Assembly: GCF_032062105.1 (NCBI RefSeq) | Contig: NW_026932975.1 | Location: 186,001-250,000, forward strand | Length of the DNA stretch: 64,000 bases | Source: Saccostrea cucullata | Taxonomy: Eukaryota | Reading direction: 5' to 3' | In this document: positions 25,484-38,500 of the stretch, in pieces | Numbering within the stretch: the stretch's first letter is position 1 | How the letters are laid out: each line of letters opens with the position of its first letter | Position numbers and translations under genes: made by a program | The notes under the pieces: generated by a model | Databases searched by the model: none | Told to the model about the DNA's origin: nothing | The model's input: the letters and a program-made list of their open reading frames with translations, nothing else

Positions 25484-27039
25484 TTTCCGAAAATATTCAA
25501 ACTGCCAAAATTTGATTCATGTTATTCTTCCACCTGACAGATAATCCGTCCTGTTGTGATACCTCACATCAAGAAGACAATTCTGGAAATTTTTTTAGCC
25601 TATGGTTCTTGATTACGCTGTCACTTTTGTGATTACAGCTGTTGAAAGCATTTCATCACAACCTGACAAAACCTGACATAACCATAGACTTTGGTATTAA
25701 ATCTGAATTTCACCTATCAGGATGGTTCAAAGTACAAATTTGAACATTCAACCAATTTAGATTACATCTACCTTTATTTCTTTTATTTCATTTTTACAAT
25801 TCTTGGTAATCTTTCAAAACACGTTAAATATGCTCTGTCTCTCATTCGCTCTCTCTCTCTCAAATTACCTTGCATGTACTTCTGTTTTTGATATTTTCAA
25901 TCTTTTAAAAGGATATTTTTTTTAATTTCATCAATTAAATAGAAATAATGATTGTTTGCTTGATTGTCGTTAAACGCCGAATCAGTGGTATTTTTTTGTC
26001 ATATTTTTGGCGGAAAATGTTAATTATTTCAAAGGATATTACAAAACAATAAGCTTGGTATCATTGAAATTGATTGAAATCAGCATCAGGAATTCAAACC
26101 TAGCATTACTTCATATGAAAGGTTAAATTAAAAAAAAAACAGTGGTGTAATAAATACTCCTGTATTCACAATTTCAGTTAAGCTTACTTATGGAACTCTT
26201 TTTTTCAAACTTTATTCCATATCGTTGTTTGGTTAAGAAAATGACATTTATATGAAACAAAACAGCTTGCGTAGCCTTATGTTTGATTTGTGTCTAATAA
26301 TTGTATTCTTACATAAAAGAAACATTTGACTTTCACAGAGAATAAAACATAAGTAGATGTTCAAGTGTTAAAGGAGATAATATTTGGTTTAAAACGTGCA
26401 GTTTTTTGGGTCATGTTTGCTATGTTTTGTTTCATATGTGCAAATTTAATCCTGACTGCGGGTAAAACATGTAGATTGAATTTAAGCATACATTTCTTTC
26501 TCATAAAGTTGGGAAATATTTACTCAAACTTCAAATTCTACTTGAACTTTACAGAAATATAATTTGAATTCTGAAAGCCAATAGGAATATAATAAGACAC
26601 AAGAACCATTTGTTACAATCCCATTTCGTCAGATCATGTTTTTATGTACTCTATATGTACATTGAGAATAATAGTTTTTAATGTTTTTTGGCTCATTTCC
26701 TTTGGTGTACGTAATAAAAACTAGTACATAGAGATTTAAAGGTTGCAAGCTGGAGCACGGAAGGGAACTTACATAAAAATGTCATTTTAGAAACCTCAAA
26801 ACCAAGAATCAAATTCTATTTGCTATCATAATTAATTTTGTTGTCTTAATTATTTGAATCTTGTATCAACATTTGATATAAAGGCTTTGACAATGCCAAT
26901 ATTCCTAAAATTGAAAAAAGAAGAACTCACCTAAAGGAAGATAAAAGGTGGAATGCAAACAATATGACTAATCATTATAAGTGCTTTTCTTAACGAGAAA
27001 AAATGAGCAATATATATATTAATACTTTAATTTTGATCT

Positions 27040-27790
27040 CTTATCATGGCCCACCCAATCCTTGGAGGCATGAATTCAAAAATGAAGTTTATACATTACT
27101 ATAGGATGCTTGGATATCAAGACTCATCATGGTCTTACAGTAAAAACTTAAATCTATAACAGAAAGCTTTCACAAAAGTAGGTCCTTAACTAATGATGTT
27201 TGTTTGTTTTGAACATATTTTATTGTATAATTTATACAAAGGGATTGGTTACAAGTTCTTGCAACTTAAAAAAACCTTTCCATGTAATATATACAATAAT
27301 TATAATTAGTGATTGCCAAAATCAATTGAAGGTGTTAAGTTATACATATACATGATAAATACAAAATTTCAAGGTAAGACACTTACTAAGGATTCAGAGT
27401 TCTTACAATATGTAAATCTATAATGTTACATGTAAATGATTACAATGACAACAAAAATATTTGACAATAATGATAATAAATAATAAACATGATCACAAGT
27501 AAAATTCTCACATCATAAACAATCAAAGTTGTACAGATATGATTAGATGACAAAGAAACAAAAGAAGAAAACTAATGATACTGAAATGCAAGAATTTTCA
27601 GGGAGAGCAGATTCAATATTGTTCTTATCATGGTTCCAGAGTCGGGCGGGGACACAATAAGGGATGCACAATGAAGGTCGAAAAAAATAATAATAAGTCA
27701 TACTAGTTATATTAGTGTTGAAGAATTACCATATTGTGGAAAAGTTTGAAAAAGTGTCATGACTATTTGGAATATGGTGGGGATACAATG
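27040..27790. repeat. decayed oyster Cg170/Helitron-associated satellite-like monomers
   Basis: Segments 27045-27120 and 27590-27670 (opposite strands) resemble, from recall, the oyster ~170-bp repeat; needs RepeatMasker confirmation. Confidence 0.4.
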
Positions 27791-28170
27791 AAATGTGGAG
27801 ATAACAGACGGTATTCAAACTAAAATGTCCACTCAAACAATACAAACTGGGAGCAAACACAAACTCTAAAACGTCAGAGATGGGATCAGGTTTTATGAAA
27901 GAGCATCCCCTGCAGACCGATCACATAACACCATGTGCTTCTGGTCATTACCTTACAAAATTATTAAAATAGAATAATTTGTAGACAATTCAGTGTGTTT
28001 ATACATGTGATGGCCTAGCATTCAGTATGAAAAACGTCAGTCAGCACTTGACTTAATGAAAGATTTTTTTTTTGCTGACAAATTCATTGTATCGACCATA
28101 GAACTTGCGAGGCTTTAAGCGAGACTGCTTATTTTCTTGTTTCATCAACTGGTTTGTCAGTGGCTAGGCT
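27790..28170 (-). mobile_element. Penelope-like 3' fragment
   Basis: GATGGGATCAGG...GAGCATCCCCTGCAGACCGATCACA; CATTGTATCGACCATAGAAC. Confidence 0.8.
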
Positions 28171-31100
28171 TTGGGCTCAAAATTTTGCATGGAAATAAAT
28201 GCTATCCAAATTATAAAATATTCTACTGAAGAAAAGAGGGCCCAGGTTTTTCGGATGAGCATTACTCGTGGACGAATCATTTTCTTCATATGGGTATTTT
28301 GACGTCAAGAGTAACCGGGTGTCTGTGTGTATCCGGGTTGTCCTTAAAATTGCACGGTTTCATGCACGGTGCTTTCATCTCAAAGACAATTTCTATTGCT
28401 TATTCAATTCAATACATATATCTTGTAAATATGTGCTTGTTGTATCGGAACTTTTTCTACAAATTTTTCAAAAGGAAAACGCTGCGTTATAATTAAAGAT
28501 CATTTTATAAGTTGTGTGCAATCTTAAAGAATGATTCCATAGAGAAAAAAAAATAAGGTTAGTAGTCACATATCACGCCCTCTGTTTTCAGTATATTCAT
28601 AATGTAATATCAGTTATTTCAACATTATTAGCAGCTTCGTGGGACGCCCTTCCAAAATAATTTTCCGTCCAAGGTGTCAAAATTTTTATGCAAATACTAT
28701 TGGATTTTCAAGACGAAAAACTTTTAAATAATACACGTAAAATAAATAACGCCATCTAAATCAAAAACAATTTGAATCAGCAAAAAGAAAATTATCTGGA
28801 AATTATTTTCTAATGTAAAGTAATGAACACTAAGCAAACAGCTTCATTGATTCTCGAATCAAAATTACTGCCCTTTACACATCAAAGGGGCACATTTTAT
28901 AATATGGAAATTCCTTCCAAAATTAATTTCATATCAGAGAATCAACATTTATTTATATTAGTTTTATGTGTAAGACATTAACTTTATATCTGTTCATGCC
29001 TTGCAAATTTTCTGGACGTAATTAAAGAAATTGTAATAAGGAAATATTAGATCTTGTATTACTTCCAAACTAAAAATTCTAGGTAGTCTAATTCTAATAA
29101 AAAGTAAATAAATAATGTAATTAAAATGAAATTTTATAAGCTAAGTTCTAATATACATATATTGTGGAAATTTTGTTTTATTTATTTGTAATGAAGGTAA
29201 AGTGTTACATATCACTAACTAGAATGGAAAAGAAGAAAGGGGGACATGATGAAAGCAGTAGGTAGAAATGCTCTTAAAATTTTACTCAAGTGCATGTGTT
29301 CTCTTCTCTTCAGTGCCCTGTGATTTTTCTCTTCTTTTGTCGATTTTTTTTTTATTCACACATTTGAAACATGCAAAACGTAGTACTTTAAGTGCAAAAT
29401 AAAGGACGATAAAAGACACAGTCAGCTTCTTGAAGCATGAATGTTCTTGATCATGACCAAAGCATATTAATTTTAAAAGGAAGAATATAAAAATAAGATT
29501 GCCTATTGATATATTTTGAAAAATTAATAAAAAGTGATAAATAGTTTTGCATTCATATGCCATACAATTGTCGCAGATATATCAGATTACGCAATCAAAG
29601 TAATTAACAGTGTCCCTCGATATTGATCTATAGGGCCTTAGTTATTAAAGTGTTACAAATATTTTTTGACTGATATTCAAGAAAGATAACCACAAAATAA
29701 AAAAAAATCCTTAGTTCTTACAGTCAAGTTTGTCTGGTGATACAGTTCAAGAATAAGAATCTTGAACAAAAAGTTCTTACAAGACATTCTCTATAACTGA
29801 TTGGTGCAAGGTGGTACACTGATGTTGGCGATATAACCGCCATATTTTGATGGTATAATTTCAAGTGCAATATCAATAAGATCAGAATGGAATATGGTTA
29901 TACAAAATTCTTTATCTTGATTTACGTGCATCAGATGCATTTTAATGATATTGGAATCTTTCGGTCTATTTATTGACAGTGGTTGAGAGAAAAGAGAAAT
30001 AAAAGTGACCGAAAGGTTCCAAAATGAACTGCTATTTTCATATCTTTATCTTTTTAGAAAATAGATTCCAATTAAGATTTTTAATTTTTTTTATATAATT
30101 ACAAGGCAAATGCTTATTGAATAAAACGTCTGTATAAAATCAGGCTCAGTACTATGAATTGTTCGCTATAATAATTAAGTTTGGAGTATCATTTAAGCGG
30201 CTTTCTCGTGCATGTATATATTTTAGTGCATTTTAAAAGTAGACTGTATGAAAGAAAATTTATATTTTTAAACTATTTATATTTACTCAACCTGCCAAAA
30301 ATGTCGTTATTTAAATATTCTGATTTTATCTGAAATAAACAAAAATAATGATAGCACGATACTTATATTTTACACCCAATAATCTAACACAGTCACGCCT
30401 TCCGGATATAACTTACTAGTTTAACTTTTATAAATAAATAAAGATAGTAAGCTTCATTTAATTGGGAAATCAAGCGTCGAAAACTAATTTGTCAAAAAAT
30501 GAAGTTGAATACCAGGTATTCTAAAATATTGACGTCAGGTAGATTGTTTATCTCTGTCCTTATGATTCATATCTTGCAGTTTTTCTCTAAAAAAAATATC
30601 TTTAAAAAATTAATAAAAAGCTATTTTTGAAACAGTTTTCTTAAGTTGGTATAAAATAGCATAATTAATTTATTGGTCAATAACACTTGTATAACAAATC
30701 TTAAATGCACACTCCAAGCCATGTGCGACACTGAAACAATGAGCCAGAACGGACATGTTTCAATACTCTTGAATTGCCGTCATGCAAATATGAATTCGGG
30801 TAAATCTTGATTCCTATATTTTTAAAGTTTATCAACCTTTTGTTATACCGTCCGTTCATCGGTTCGTTAACTGTTTTCGTAAATAAATTACCAGAATGTC
30901 GTCAATGATTTAGAATGGAAATGACTTCAGAACAGAAAAATACCTGACCAGTTGATTAAAATTTTTATCTTGGAGCTTGAATCTGAGATCGTTATCCGCT
31001 GACATTTAACAGGAATTTTTACAGCACCTGTCAAAGCTTAAAATAATCTGCTTCAAGATTGCGTCAATTCCTAATCATCATTATAAGAATTTTGAAATGA

Positions 31101-31239
31101 TGAACTGTAACCTTATGCTCTTAACATTAACATTTTGATTAACAAAAATAAGTCATTCACATTTTACAAGTATTTCCTAGTTAGATAAAAATATTAAATT
31201 AAAACAACAAAAACAATCAAGAAAACTTCGTCGCTCTTC

Positions 31240-31950
31240 AAAGTCGAGCACGCACGATGATTCGTAAAAAATTCGAAAGAACTTTCAGACAATTTAAAAT
31301 CGTAAAATGTTCAAAAGCCAGTAGCATCAAAATGTACGACTTTTTCACATTGTAATAACAATCCCCACGATAAATTAAAAACTATGCTTTTTTATATCAT
31401 AGACAACTATTTTCTCAATAAAAATATGGAAGTCGGAATTTTTTTCTATATTGTGATTGGTATTCAACAAAATTACTTTTTTAAAATCCTATACTCTGAC
31501 ATTGATATTAAAAGGATGTTAAAGTCTTACAGAGAACTGTAATACTGGAATATAGATAATTGTCCTTTATTAGCTTACCTTTTTTTATATTCCTATGAAG
31601 AAGATTTTATTCAAAATCTTCTACATGAGAAGAAGAAAACACTTGTTTTGGCCGTTATCTCGACATATTTGATATATTATTAATTAACAGTAGTTAATTC
31701 CATTCAAATGCCGATTCGAACCTATCCTAATAAACTTGAAATAAAAAAAAATATACGCCACAAAGATTGCCTTTCTTTTTCATGCTGAAGTGAACTGTAG
31801 ATAGAAAAGGGATGCTTACTCCTCGTTAACAGCTGAACCCACCTCTGAATTTCCAGAGGTCCGTGTTGATTCTCTCTTCATTTTTTCATTTGTATTGTTT
31901 ATAAATTTCCTCAGTTCTATCATTGTTAGTTATCTTCACTTTTTCCATTC
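31240..31950 (+). mobile_element. Penelope-like RT fragment + 3' module
   Basis: YDFFTL..TIPHDKLK, FLYSYEEDFIQNLLH, 3' hairpin ACCTCTGAATTTCCAGAGGT. Confidence 0.8.
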
Positions 31951-31974
31951 CTCAGGTTATATCCACTTTAGCCC

Positions 31975-32265
31975 CATACGGAGGTGGGATCAGGAGCAAT
32001 GAAGGAATGACTATTCCCGGTCTCATTTGCCGTGTGCTTCTTGTCATGGTCAGATTGAACAAAATTCCGTAGCAATTTAGTGTGTAAATTATGGCCTAAC
32101 AACTATGGTGAAAAAAACACGTTAATCAGTAATTGACTTTACAATTGATCGTATTTGCTGACAGGGTAATTTGATTTATCATAGAACTTGTGAGATGATG
32201 ACTTTTAAAGAGACTATTAATTTGTTTGTCTCATCAAATTGTTTGTTAATAATTCGAGATTTTTT
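31975..32265 (-). mobile_element. Penelope-like 3' fragment
   Basis: GGAGGTGGGATCAGG...GCCGTGTGCTTCTTGTCATG. Confidence 0.75.
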
Positions 32266-32284
32266 TATCCGTATTTTTAAAATA

Positions 32285-32400
32285 CTTTACCACTTGCAAT
32301 GGGGGGTGCAAATTAAGACATATACTCTTCATCTAGGGCCTATGAGCAATGAGATTTTTTTGTCAGCACCAGTTGTAAAATGAGACCTTGGTTTAACTAA
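32285..32400 (-). mobile_element. SINE fragment
   Basis: Similar to 15270-15400. Confidence 0.5.
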
Positions 32401-32665
32401 AATACACACCCCTGCAGCATTTGTAGCAAATTGGATGTAAATATATGTGTATCATCTATTCAAGTTCGGTTAGGGTCAGGTTTAAACTGAACTGAGAATG
32501 CACCTGCTCAAAATAAATCTGTTCATTCATCCAATAATGTATAGGACGGAGACAGCATCGATCAAAGTCTAGAAATGTGCATCCCTAGATGCAGTAGCCC
32601 TGCTGTTTTTACCACATAAAGGGTTTCCAGTTATCAGTTAACTGAAAAGGGGCAGTCTCAAAAGC

Positions 32666-32727
32666 AGCATGAAAAGTTTTCAAACTTAACAGAAGTAAAG
32701 AAGCATGAAAAGTTTTCAAACTTAACA
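32666..32727. repeat. 26-bp exact direct repeat
   Basis: AGCATGAAAAGTTTTCAAACTTAACA occurs twice. Confidence 0.9.
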
Positions 32728-33299
32728 TGTAATTGGAGAAAACTAAAAATAAATCTATGTCTTTAACCATGTGGATACAGCATTTCCAATGCAAAAGATG
32801 GTTGGGCAATGCTTTTTTCATAACAGATGACTAAACATCTGTTTCTTTTTGTGTGATATACTTTTTTTGTTTGCTTTTTTTTTTTGTTTTTGTTTTTTGT
32901 TTCCTAAGCGATCACCTGATGACTATTTGATACTACTGTGAAATAGACCAAAGTTAAATCTAGTAATGTATTCATTACAAAAACAAGGGTTATCCGCAGG
33001 CGAATCATTGTTTTGTTAATATTCAGGTCGCTTGATTTAAATGCAAATTATTGGTTAACCATTTTTTACATATTTTCTAATTTAAAAGCTTACTTTTTAC
33101 GTAAATAATCTATTCTAAAGTATATTTATAATATTTTAAACGGATATTCTTATGGGTTAATTACGAAAAAGATTTGTCTATATTGAGTAAAAATGCAACT
33201 GGTCCAATTCTTTCCAAGATAAAAAAAAAAGCGACTTGATTATGGATATATTTAAATACTACACTTCCGACTTCTCTCTATCATCGTTTATTTTTTATA

Positions 33300-33690
33300 T
33301 AGCTTACTTAAGAAAACCTTGTTATCATTAAGATTCTTTACCATGCATATTCTGCACATGAAAATTTAAACATTAATTTCAATTGCTTACTTTTTAACAA
33401 AAAATCATTTATAAACGTTTGCATGCATATTCTGTACATAAAAATTAGAATTTATTTCAATAGCTTACATTTCAAATAAATCTTGTTATCAATCAATAAA
33501 TTACGTTTGTATGCAAATTCTGCATATCAAAATTTAAGTTTTATTTCCGACAACCTACTTTTAAAAAAATCATGTTATCATTTAGATACATTTGCATGCA
33601 TATTCTGACCAATAAAAATTTAAAATTAATTTTGACAGATTACTTTATCTAAAATATCTTCATTTCACTAAGATACTTTAGCATGCATTT
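33300..33690. repeat. degenerate ~85-bp minisatellite, about 4.5 units
   Basis: (C/T)ATGCA(T/A)ATTCTG at about 33342, 33422, 33510, 33595, partial at 33682. Confidence 0.75.
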
Positions 33691-33887
33691 ATTATTTTTT
33701 TTTTTGGACATATTTTTTACATAATTATTTATCAGAATCTTTGTTTTAATTTTCTCCTTGTTATATCTCATTCATAATGGTTCTTGTTGCAATGAGAGTA
33801 TTATATCTAAATCAACAGCCTTTATAAAACAATATTTTTAGCAATTTAGACTAGAATGCTAAATGTTTGTATATATAGACACACACA

Positions 33888-33913
33888 CCCCCCCCCCCCC
33901 CCCCCCCCCCCCC
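33888..33913. repeat. C26 homopolymer
   Basis: Read directly. Confidence 0.95.
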
Positions 33914-34598
33914 GAGAACAAAGCTATTTACGGTAAATATGTGGAGATAGTATTTTTTTCTGGCTTTTTAAAAATTGATTTTAAATAATATACAAGGGCC
34001 ATATTTCAGTGCTACATTTGCATGCTAATCAGAGGGGCATCTTATTTTCAGCGCACTAAAATATAATATTTAATCAATTTCTAGTTATATGTATGACGTA
34101 TTTCGCGGGCAACGTGAAACGAAAAAGGGGTGTAATGAATTCCTTTTCCAGAAAATACAATGTATAAAAACATTTTAATTCAGCAACAAACTTTTGTTTT
34201 AAATATTTTTTTTTAAAAAATGCTAACCTGATCCGTCCCTTCACATGGAATGATACAAGTTTATTATATAGTGTCTTATCTTCGTCATAAGTAAAAAATA
34301 CCGGTATATAGGTCCAAAGAAAACTGGTAAAAAGAACAGGTTTTTGTAATAACCGGATATGGTATTTAAAAATTATTAGTTATTAACTAGCATGCAACAT
34401 TTTTTGCACCATTTAATCATTTGAATAAGTAGTAATCCTCAATGTGCTAAGGAAAAAGTAACCTACCTTGTTTTAAAAATATATCATAATGTGAATGTAA
34501 AATAATTTCAATGTGCTTGTGTAAGTTATAAAGTCTATTAAAGCATAAATATGTTGACTAGAAAATTGCAATCAAATGAAAATTATAAAAAATCTTCA

Positions 34599-34897
34599 AA
34601 AATCTCAAATATTGCCCACATGTGACATCAAACATGCTAGATGCTACTTATTTATGTTAACATGCAAGACAAATATGTTGACATGCAACTTAAATGTAAA
34701 ATAATTTGACATGCAACTTTTTCTGGATTCTATAACTTATGTCCCTTATAAATATTTTGAAAACCCATCATATCATTATATCTAAAATCAGTTTTTGCAT
34801 TGCATTGAAACTTCTGTCAAAACTAAGTTGCAAACACAACTCTCATAAAACCTAGCATCTAGCATGTTTGATGTCACATGTGCAATATTGAGATTTT
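34599..34897. repeat. inverted repeat with perfect 30-bp core
   Basis: 34617-34646 is the reverse complement of 34853-34882. Confidence 0.9.
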
Positions 34898-35724
34898 TAT
34901 GATTATTTATTTGACTTCTGATGTATGTTGCATGGAAACTCCAGTCATATGACAATTTAAATCATATAACATATTTCCCTTATTGATATTTTGAAAAACC
35001 CAACATATCATTATATCTAAAAATATCTTCAAAGTATTTTGCATTATCAATTGATAAAGACTAAATCTTCTTTGAAGTTACTGCGATGGTCCAGTCATAG
35101 GAAAAGAACCAATTTTACTTATCAGTTGATAAGAGATTTTGAAGTTACCCCACCCTACCCCTTCACAAAAAATACATTTCAAGACACGATTTATTCACCC
35201 CACTTGGAGGTCTTTCATTTGCAGTAAATCTAATTTTAAAAAAATTGGAATAGAATACTCGTAAGTAATATTCAAAATTTGCCTCTACCAGGAGTAAAGA
35301 ACTTCAATGAAAAACTTGCAATAATGCCAATTGTTTCGTTTCTCTGTATCTTTTACGTCCCTCCGAGGAGGAAAGAAATTATTTCAAATCTATTTATCTC
35401 TCTCTAAATCTTTTAAACCAAACAAGTTTGAAAATATACTTCCTTATCAACAAAAAAATATTAGAGTAAACTAAAATATTACTATTGTTACAGTATTTAA
35501 AATTTTTACTTTAGTTAGTCAAAGTTTTTTATTATAATTTTAGAATTGTTCTATTCTAATATCTCCGATTCTTGAATGTAACTATTTGATATAAGATGGC
35601 AACATTATTATTATTTCTATAATACACATCACCGATGTTCAATTAAAAGATATCAAACCCTAAACCTCAAAGTTCAAAAGCAAAGTTCTATAGTAAATCA
35701 TAGAATCAGAACATTTACAAATAC

Positions 35725-37225
35725 AATGAAATATATGAAGACAACAAACAGTTTTCAAGCTCAAAGGTCCATTAAAACAATACAAATCAAGAGCAGAGCA
35801 AACAAGGGCATCCTAAACATCAGAGGTGGGGTAAGGTGCCATGAAGTGAGCATCTCTTGCCGACCAGTCACAACCGCAGTGTGCTCCTCAATCGTCGTGA
35901 TCGGGAAATAACAGGGAAATCTGTGGACAATTCAGTGTGTAAAATAATGGCCTAACAATAAGCATGAAAAACGTCAGTCAGTATCAGACAAGGCCATTGT
36001 ATCGACCATAGAACTTACGAAATGGTGAATTTAAAGCAATATGAGCTGAATTTTTGAGAATTTTATTTTGCTGGTAAAGTGTGTTATAATGATTAATCTG
36101 TATGTAACCTAAACCCTTATGATCAATAAAACAAAAATAAAGTTTAAAAATGTTTCAGAAGAAATATTTCTGTACAACCGAACATACAGTATTATATAGG
36201 AAAACATTAATGTACAGGACGACAATGATTCAATTTTGCTTCAATCAAAGCGTATAAAAAGTTCTTTCATAGCAAATATGAACAACAGAAGTTTATAAAT
36301 GTTCTATTTTTCTATCGTTGAAATAGTTAATTACAAATTTGCAACATTTTTTTTCCGATGTCAAACATGCAGCTCATATTGCTTTAAACGAGACTTTTGG
36401 TTTTCCAGTTTCATCATCTTGGTTGTCAATAACTTATTTCTTTTTAAATATTGCTCAAACATAGAGTATGCTCTTGCGTATCGATATAAACCCTGTATGT
36501 ACGTGATAAGAGTATATTAGGGTATATTGCTATATACGTAAAGGAAGTTGACGATTGAAAAGATAAATCAACACGTTTATCATGAAGCTTTGTTGTAGGG
36601 CTAACATAAACCTCTTTTTCTAGTAGATCCAAATATGAAACAGATGTGTCATATACATCATCTCGACATGTGAATGGAAATAGCTATTGTTAATTGATAA
36701 TACGTCGTCGAATACCTGGTCACCAATAATTACTTACGGTACCAATTGCTAGAAACTCAAGCATCTTTTTATTACAACATGTATCAACTTCAGAGTAAGT
36801 ATGTGTACAATAAGAATGGTTTTAACAAAATAATGTTGCAAATGACTAAGACAAAGTAATTATATTTACGTTCCAGGTTTATTGAAAAAGCAGCTGTCAA
36901 AAAGTAAAACTTTAATTTATAGTTGGGAATGGTTGTATGCAGAGTAGAAAAGTTGTAAGTTCAATGATGCTTTTGATAAAATGTTGTTATTTATTAAAAA
37001 TTTCAGAAATTCCCTGGAATTTTTAAGCACCCACACATATGATCTACACCACTTCTCGAATCTATTGTTACACAGTATTCCCGACGCTTCTCCATCACTG
37101 CTGTTCGTATTGTATCGAGCAGTAAAGAAAGAGGCTTGGAAGAACATTTACTAGAACCACTATGTATCTTGGAAGGATTTTTGTGAAGATTCGAAATCCA
37201 AAATAGAGATGGTAAACTACAGACA
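35725..37225 (-). mobile_element. Penelope-like (Naiad-type) element, 5'-truncated, containing a Kolobok-like insertion
   Basis: LHKNP..RYI.GSSKCSSKPLS, MWVLKNSREF, TTKLHDKR, 3' module at 35725-35930. Confidence 0.85.
36035..36383. mobile_element. non-autonomous TTAA DNA transposon (Kolobok-like), 349 bp
   Basis: TTAA TSD, perfect 14-bp TIR AGCAATATGAGCTG (21/23 extended); removing it restores the PLE consensus. Confidence 0.85.
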
Positions 37226-37429
37226 ATAGTTGACTATAGTAATTTTTAGGTGGGGTTGTTTCAGAAGAAAGGTCAAGAGTATTTTAAGTTTACGAACAAC
37301 ACACCCATGAGAACAATTTAGAAGAAGTAGCAGTAAGTCACCCGAGTGACTTAGATAACCTTAAAAATTCTTCACAGTTTATTGCATTATCCTTAAAAAT
37401 AACCACACGGTATTTATATTAAGATATTC

Positions 37430-37435
37430 TTTATT
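37430..37435 (-). promoter_or_regulatory. putative polyadenylation signal AATAAA of the spectraplakin gene
   Basis: AATAAA about 630 nt after the stop codon, followed by GT/T-rich sequence (CCGTGTGGTTATTTTT). Confidence 0.55.
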
Positions 37436-38066
37436 CACTGATATATCATACAAATATACAGACTCACGCCTCTCTCCCCCTGATTAAAGTGTACTCGCAT
37501 AATAAGAATATTAATGATGATGACAAATGAAAATGATAGTTTATGTACAGCAAAAATTAAAAACATCATTCAATCTCATATAAAAATATCATTATCTATT
37601 TTTTTTAAGTTAAAAGCGGTGTGTGTGAAACTTCTTTATAGAAAAATATACTCTTAAATTCAGCAACAAACTTTTGATTAAACTTATGATTCAGAGCAAA
37701 TAAATTGCATTTTATAGCGAGCAGGCTAATTTAAAACTTAAGCTAAATACAAAAAAATATACTAGTAAATCAAAGTTTGCTCGGAAATTATATATTTGAT
37801 CTTCAGATATACAACACGGTGTATTATAAAGCTTGGTAGAGTTGAATTGGTCCCTTATTATGGAATGGAGACAGTGACATGATGATGCAAGGTTTACTAT
37901 ATATCGCGCATTTCAAGAACTGTACAGGTACTCGTAATTACGGTCTATTGTACCATTATAATATCTATACGCTGACACTCATTACATAGTACGCCTTGAT
38001 CTCTTGCAAGTCTTTGAAAAATTTATTTAAAAAATAATATCATAAGATCTAATTTCAACTTTCGGA

Positions 38067-38500
38067 TCATCTCGGACCCTTTGGTGTTGATGGAAGACGT
38101 CTCATTGTATTCGCACTTTGACCATTTTGCATAGTTGGTGTTGTCCGACCTGATGGCGTGGTTCTTCCAGAAGGAGTTACTCTTCCGCTAGCGCTATAAG
38201 TGGGAGTTGTCCTCCCTGATCGAACTGGAGTTGATGTTTTAGGTGTCATGGGTGTTCGTGGAGTCCCCGTAGATGGCCTTGAAGTGGGAGTGTTTGATCG
38301 TGGCACATATGTGGGAGTCGGTTGTGGAGTTTTAGAGCGGGAATATGGCGAAGGGGATTGTGAAGTCCGAGGGGAATTATAGGAAGAGTTCATGCCCCTA
38401 GTCGGTGTAGATGGCGGCAAGCGAGACTTTGATTGGTTGTTCGTTATATTAGAAGATGAATTACTTAAACGCTTAGTTCTCTGTAAACTGCCCGTTGAAC
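38067..38500 (-). CDS. MACF1: spectraplakin terminal exon (GSTGSLQR...SGRTTP repeats...PKGPR*)
   Basis: 434 nt including TGA, phase 1 entry. Confidence 0.9.

Noticed and set aside
33300-33690. CRISPR-like array
   Set aside because: Whole units are degenerate tandem copies with no unique spacers, in a eukaryotic context.
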